Shown here in pieces: positions 57,060 through 64,000 of a stretch of 64,000 bases of DNA; positions within the stretch are counted from its first letter, which is position 1, and the number at the start of each line of letters is the position of its first letter. The stretch is from NCBI RefSeq assembly GCF_009914755.1, contig NC_060928.1; one strand, written 5' to 3'. The translations under genes were made by a program, and so were the position numbers. Origin of the DNA: the human T2T-CHM13v2.0 reference genome, Homo sapiens. The notes below the pieces were generated by a model that saw only the letters and a program-made list of their open reading frames with translations, searched no databases and was not told the DNA's origin.

Positions 57060-58435
57060 CAAAAAGATAAATTGAACATCAAAACTAAAAATGTTTGTGC
57101 ATCAAAAGACACCATGGCCAGGAGCAGTGGCTCATGCCTGTAATCCCAACACTTTGAGAGACTGAGGCAGGAGGATTGCTTGAGTCCAGAAGTTCAAGAC
57201 AGTCTGGGCAACACAGCAAGACCCTGTCTCTACAAAATACAATCAATCAATCAATCAATCAATAAGCAAGCCAGCAAGCTGGGCATGGTGGCACACACCT
57301 AGAGTCCCAGCTACTCAGGAGGCTGAGGTGGATGGACTGCTTGAGTCCAGGAGGTCAAGGTTACAGTGAGCCATGATCTCACCACTGCACTCCAGCCTTG
57401 GCAACAAAGTGAGACCATATCAAAAAAAAAGACACTAACAACAGAGTGAAAAGACACAACACATAGAATAGAATCCTATAGAATAGGGGAAAATATTTGC
57501 AATTCATATATCTGAATACATATTCAAAATATGTAAAGAATTGCAACAATTCAACAACAAAAAATAGCCCAGTTCGAAAATGAACAAAGGACGTGTATAA
57601 TCATTTTTCCAAATAAGACATAATGTGGCTAATTAGCACATTAAAAGATGCTCAACATCACTGGTCTTTAGGGAAGTGAGAATCAAAACCACAATGAGAT
57701 ATCGCTTCACACCAATTAAGATGGCTATTATAAAAATGAAAGAAAGAAAATAACAAGTATTGGTTAAGAGGTGGAAAAGTTGTAACCCCTGTGCATCATC
57801 AGTGGAAATATAAAGTAGAACAGCCAAAGTGGGAAACAACTAAATGGTTCCTCAAAAAGTTAAACATAGATTTACTATATTATCCAATGATTCCCCTTCT
57901 GGGTACATACTCTGAAAGCAGGGACTCAAACAAACATTTGTTCAACGATGTTCATAGCAGCATTATTCACGACAGCCAAAAAGTAGAAACAATCTAAATT
58001 GTTTCGCAACAGATGAAAGGATAAATACAAGGTAGAATATACATAAAATGGAATATTATTCAGGCTTGAAAAGGAATGAACTTCTGACACATGCTACAAG
58101 ATGGATGAACCCTGAAAGCATTATGCAAAGTGAATAAACCAAACACAAAAAGACAAAAATTGTCTAGTTCCACTAATACGAGATACCTAGGCTAGGCAAA
58201 TGTATAGAGACAGAGGGAAGGACAATGGCTACCAGGGGCTGGGAGGTGGGAGAAATAGGAAGTTATTGTTTTATGGTTATAAAGTTTATGTTGGAGGTGA
58301 TAAAAAGTTCTTGAAATGGATAGTGGTAGTGATGCACAACATTGTGAATATGCTTAATCTTACAGAATTATATATCTAAAATGGTTAAAATAGTAAATTT
58401 TATGTTATGTATATTTTATCACAATAAAAAAAGTT
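57060..58435 (+). mobile_element. L1MB 3' region with nested AluJ (57116-57430, (TCAA)n linker)
   Basis: aatcaaaaccacaatgagatatcgcttcacacc ... aaaatggttaaaatagtaaattttatgttatgtatattttatcacaat; Alu TSD aaaagacac. Confidence 0.85.
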
Positions 58436-58994
58436 AAAGAATTGATCACAATGATGAAAGAACACAAATCAGAAATAAAAAAATTCAGGAAAGAGGTGAT
58501 CAGATAATAGGAGAATGTGAAGTGGAGACTGGTGGAACTCAGGAAATGGGGAAAAGGAAAAGGAAAAAACATTTCAGAAGTGAAGACTGAATTATAAGAA
58601 CACAAAGAAGAACAGAAACTGTTCACCTCAGTAAGGGGCAGAGAGGAAATGAGGAAAGTAGATATAATGAAACATTTTTAGAAATCACAATGATTTCAGA
58701 GCTACAGAAAGCAGCTAACTGATGCCACTTTATGCCCCATTTCCACTCTTTGGAATCCCCAATGAAGAAAATCAAACAATGGAATAGAATATTTAAAGAC
58801 ATAATTCACAAAATCTTTGTTTAAATAAAAGTGCTTTGAGTTTACATATTGAAAGGCACATCACAACCCGGAACAGTCCACACAAAGATATATTATAAGG
58901 AAATTATTAGACTAACAATAAAGAATCTTTTGCACAGCCAAGCAAAAATCATGCACTATGTAATAAAAGAAAAATAAGAGTGGCCTCAAATTTA

Positions 58995-59401
<407 letters not shown>

Positions 59402-59893
59402 TCAGCCAAGCTGTCCTTCAACTATAAAAGCTACAATTTGAACAGACAAAGGCTAAGAGAATACTGCACACCTGAACCTTCCTTGTCCAAACTACCAGAG
59501 AACAAATTTTAACCAATTAATTAATGACTGGGAAAGTTTGATGAAAAGACCAGCAAAAAAATTAAAAATAAAATAAAAGTATAACCATGTAATATGAAGA
59601 AGAAATGAAAAACCTGGAACAGTTATACTCAAAAGAGAAGATTTGAGGTTGGAACATATTCAGGTTTTAAAAGAGCTGCCACGTGGTTCAGACGGTAGGA
59701 GAAAGTAAATGGCAGTTACATGGAGACACGTTTTAAGACATATAAAGAAGAAATAACAGTCACTTCTATTGATGGAATAGATTTTCTCAGAAGGTAGTGA
59801 AATTCCTAGTAATCGAAGACGGGCAAAAATCATAATGTGATACCATTTGTTATCCATTCTACTAATAGAAATTTTTTAAAAAAAGAAAAGAGT

Positions 59894-60192
59894 GGCCGGG
59901 CACAGTAGCTCATGCCTGTAATCCTAGTGCTTTGGGAGGCCAAGACAGGCAGACTGCTTGAGCCCAGGAGTGCAAGACCAGCCTGGGCAATATAGCAAAA
60001 CCTCTTTTCTGCAAAAAAATACAAAAATTAGCCGGGTGTAGAGGCATGTGCCTATAATCCCAGGTACTCAGGAGGCTGAGGTGGGAGGATCACTTGAGCC
60101 AAGGAAGTTGAGGCTGCAGTGAGCCATGCTCACACCACTGCACTCCAGTCTGGGTGACAAAGTGAGGCCCTATCTCGAAAAGAAAAGAAAAG
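59894..60192 (+). mobile_element. AluJ
   Basis: Dimeric Alu with J diagnostics. Confidence 0.88.
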
Positions 60193-61074
60193 TAACTCAA
60201 AGAGTTGAGTAAAAACCAAAGAGTAATAAAAATAAATTTTTTTAAGTAAAAAAAAAGAAAGAAAAAAGAGAAACGGATGTTGGAAAGAAGTATAGGTGGG
60301 ATCTAAAGTGGCTCAAATTTCTGGAAGGCAATTTGGCAGTGCCCAGCAAAAGCTGGAGCTTCTTCATAGGTCATTCTCTCTCCAACCAGGCTCCGAACAC
60401 AGGGGAAGGGCAAGTAACAGTGAGCAGGACTCATATCTTATACAAAGGGACTGCCAGATATTTGGAATATACTGTTATCGGGGGTGGGGTGGAGAGAAGG
60501 CTATAAAACTCATGTCAAGCATAATCTGTTTTTATAAGTCTATATGATCACAGAAAAACTTTAGAAGGACATACACAAATATATTAAGTGGTTTTTTTTG
60601 GGGGGGTTGTCAAATCTTGAATAATGCTTATTTTCTCCTCTTAAGTTACCTGCAGTTCCTCATTTTATACTCCAGACACGTGTTACTATCACAACAAGAA
60701 AATTAAAGGTTATTATAAACAGTTAAATTCTCTATATAAACACAAGTCAAGACCTATTGCTGAATTCCATGATGGTAGAGTGAAGAGGTCTGCAAATACT
60801 CTCCTAAAAAAATGTATAAAACCAGACCAAACAAAAAAAGTTTCAGGGCTCTAGAAATTGATCAGAGATATAAAAATTACATTGAGAAACATTTATTCAT
60901 GAATGGGAGATGAAGTGTACTTAAGAATAGTGGGAGTTTGCAGCACTCTTGCCTATTCCCAACCCCTCCATGCCCTAGGCTGGGTTGGCACAGTAGTGTT
61001 ACTACAGGGGGAACCAGCGGTGAAAACTAGCGGCTTTGGTGATTTGGAAGAGAGGACAAAAACCCCACACCCAG

Positions 61075-61935
61075 TGGATCATGTATCTAATAAAGGACTT
61101 GTATCCAGAACATAAAGAACTTTTATAATTCAATAAAACCAAAATGACACAACTAAGAAACAGGCAAAAAATATGAAAACACATTTAGCCAAAGAAGATA
61201 TACAATGGCTAATATGCATATGAAAATATGCCCAATATCATTACTCATGAAGAAATTGAGATAGCACTACTAACTCACTACAATGGTTATAAGAAAAAAA
61301 CTAACAATACTATATGTTGGCAAGGATATAGAGAAACTAGAACCCTCATTCATCACTGGTGAGAACATAAAATGGTACAACCACTTTGGAAAAAGTTGGC
61401 AGTTTCTTAAAATGTTAAATGCAAAATTACCACACAACCCGATAATTCTACTCCTAGGTACCTACCCAAAAGAAATGAAAATCCATATCCACAGAAAGAC
61501 TTGATTTGTATATTAATGTTCCTAGCAGCATTATTGATAATAATCAAAATCAGAAACAACCCAAGGATCTATCAGTGAATGAATAAAATGTGATATATCA
61601 TAAACAGAATATTATTTAACAATAAAAATGATATGCTAATACATGCTACAACATGAATGAACCTCAAAAATATTATGCTAAGTGAAAAAAGCTGATCACA
61701 AGAGAACATATAAGTTCCATTTATATCAAATGTCCTGAAAAGGCAAACGTATAGTGACATAAAGCAAATTAGTGGTTGTCCTGTGGGGGTGGGGAGGGAT
61801 GGTGGGAATGTTCTAGAAATGGATTTTGGTGATGCTTGCACAATTGGTCAATTTACTAAAAGTCATTAAACTGTACAGTTTTAATGAGTATACATTATGG
61901 TATGTAAGTTATACCTCAAAAGAGCTGTTGATAAA
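61075..61935 (+). mobile_element. L1ME/MB 3' region
   Basis: taataaaggacttgtatccagaaca ... aattctactcctaggtacctacccaaaagaaatgaaa ... ttatacctcaaaagagctgtt. Confidence 0.8.
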
Positions 61936-62441
61936 ACAGAAAAGAAAGTCAACAAGTGCTTGGTAACTTCCCGTCAAAATAAGACTACTGTCGGTAGAAA
62001 TAATATATTAATATTAAAATTTTTTAAAGATTCCATATTCCTCAGTCTAATAACATATTATTGCTTTTCAATAATTCTAGATGAAATAGATAACTTTTGA
62101 AGTGGGTCACTTTTAAGTGATTACTACTGCTACACTAATGTACAAAAAACCTGGAAGCACAGAAACATTTGTACACTTAGAATCCTTTGGTTATTTGGAA
62201 AAAGGTGGAAAGCTATTAATGTCACTATTTTACATCTTTTGTTCATCATTTTTGGCAGTTTTAACAAAGACAAAGAAGATTTAAACAGAAAAGAACCATA
62301 TTGTAGGAGGTCACTATGAATTAAATCTGAAAAAATGTTCTTGGAAAGATTATTCTTGCCATCATTTCTCAACACATTTACTGGAATGTAAAGTTAAAAA
62401 CAGAATAGTGTTTTGAATTTTTATAAAATTACAAAGACTTG

Positions 62442-62600
62442 GGCTGGGTGCAGTGGCTCATGCCTATAATTCCAGTGCTTTGGGAGGGCGAGGTGGGAGG
62501 ATTGCTTGAGCCCAGGGGTTTGAGGCTGTAGTGAGCTATGATCTCACTACTGCACTCCAGCCTGGGCGAAAAAGCAGGACCCTAACTCAAAAAAAAAAAA
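62442..62600 (+). mobile_element. FAM/FRAM-type Alu monomer
   Basis: Left-arm 5' end fused to right-arm 3' half in a single monomer; TSD aaaattac(a/c)aagac. Confidence 0.8.
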
Positions 62601-62985
62601 TTACCAAGACACATTGAAAGTTAATGACCTTAATGCAGTAGGAGAATTACAGCGTTACAGTGTTAAGTGAAGACTCACTTGTTTATATATAGTTTCAGAA
62701 AAGTCAAATGTGCTGAAAACTAGGCCTACGTGATTTCTTTACAGTGTAAACCACAGGAAAAAAAACCTGTGACATCATTTCTTTACATTTTAACTAAAAC
62801 TTCTTTCCTAAACATTAAAGAAATATTTGGAATTTAACCACAAAAGTAAATTAATTGCTTATTATAAGGCAACTTTATATCAAAATTCTCTTTCAACAAC
62901 TGTTTTTCTTTAGCATATAATTTTCATTGCCACTGTCTACATTTTTCATAGAATAAAACATTTGACTGAGTTCTATTGTATTACT

Positions 62986-63147
62986 ATTTTGTTTTGTTTT
63001 GAGATGGAGTCTTGCACTGTTGCCCAGGCTGGAGTGCAGTGGTGCATCTCAGCTCACTGCAACCTCCACCTCCCAGGTTCAAGTGATTCTCCTTGCCTCA
63101 GCTTCCCAAGTAGCTGGACTTACAGGCACCTGCCACCATGCCCAGCC
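62986..63147 (-). mobile_element. Alu right arm (5'-truncated)
   Basis: gagatggagtcttgcactgttgcccagg ... ccatgcccagc. Confidence 0.85.
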
Positions 63148-63523
63148 AAGATAAAATGTTTTACAGTCATGTCCTTGGTCTTCCAATGACTTATCTAAAA
63201 ATAAAATACACTTAGGTGAAACTTCTAAATCTAGAGAATGGGATTCTGTTTTGAGCAACATTAATTTAACAACTACTACTGTCTAGCCCAGAGCAAGAGG
63301 CAAGAAATACAAATAAGATACGATCTTTTCTGTCTAAACTTTATAGTCTGCTACTGAGAAAGACAAATAGTACAGGGAAGTTGAACAGATGGTCAGATAT
63401 TACCTAAAATCTATCAAGACAGCACCACACTGCTTACTAATGACTAGGATCAGAGTGTAGTCAGTGACGAAAACCAGGACTTGCCAGGTATGGAAGTCTC
63501 CAAACAAAACTCATGTCCTTTCT

Positions 63524-63831
63524 TTCCTCTTCTCTTTTTTTTTCTTTTTTTGAGGCAGAGTCTCACAAGCTCTGTCACCCATGCTGGAGTGCAGTGGTAT
63601 GATCTCTGCAACCCTGCCCCTGGGTTCAAGAGATCCGCATGCATCAGCTTCCTGAGAAGCTGGGATCACAGGTGTGTGCCACCACTCCCAGCTAATTTTT
63701 TTTGTATTTGTAGTAGAGATGGGGTTTTGTCATGTTGGCCACATTGGTCTTGAACTCCTGGCCTTAAGTGATCCACCTGCATTGGCATCCCAAAGTGCTG
63801 GGATTACAGGTGTGAGCCACTGTGCCTGGAC
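63524..63831 (-). mobile_element. Alu (J/S) with right-arm deletion
   Basis: Dimeric Alu; TSD aaaactcatgt(c/t)ctttct. Confidence 0.88.
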
Positions 63832-63971
63832 AAAACTCATGTTCTTTCTAAAACTCCAAATAAAAAACAGCTTTTTTTTTACAAAAATCAAGAAATTAAT
63901 CTTGGTATTTAGAAAACCTAACTGTAGTCTGCGTGGGATGAATCTGATACCAAACATCAAACTAGAACTAA

Positions 63972-64000
63972 AGCCAGGTATGGTGGCTCACACCTGTAAT
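63972..64000 (+). mobile_element. Start of an Alu, cut by the window edge
   Basis: agccaggtatggtggctcacacctgtaat. Confidence 0.8.

Overview
Human (AluYb8-bearing) genomic DNA from inside the FAM13A gene, which is transcribed on the minus strand. Three coding exons of the N-terminal RhoGAP domain are present: 42786-42975 (190 nt), 33786-33995 (210 nt) and 4299-4476 (178 nt). All have GT-AG boundaries and splice into one continuous frame (QSKAAVRLKEDMKK...GLFRVNG...NLATVFGPNCF). The rest is intron, largely filled with about 29 Alus, L1/L2/MIR relics, many LTRs (a complete MST-type MaLR provirus, a MER11 solo LTR, two MLT2A1) and DNA transposons (Tigger3, MER6, MER44, MER53, piggyBac MER85). Repeat family names come from recalled consensus sequences, not a database search. 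I found no new gene or multi-gene system, and the other listed ORFs are repeat-derived or chance. The most unusual signals are traces of local DNA copying. Two MLT2A1 LTR copies 45 kb apart are about 96% identical, share private indels and bracket exons 2-3. A 67-nt piece of the MST provirus 3' junction has been pasted into its own 5' LTR.
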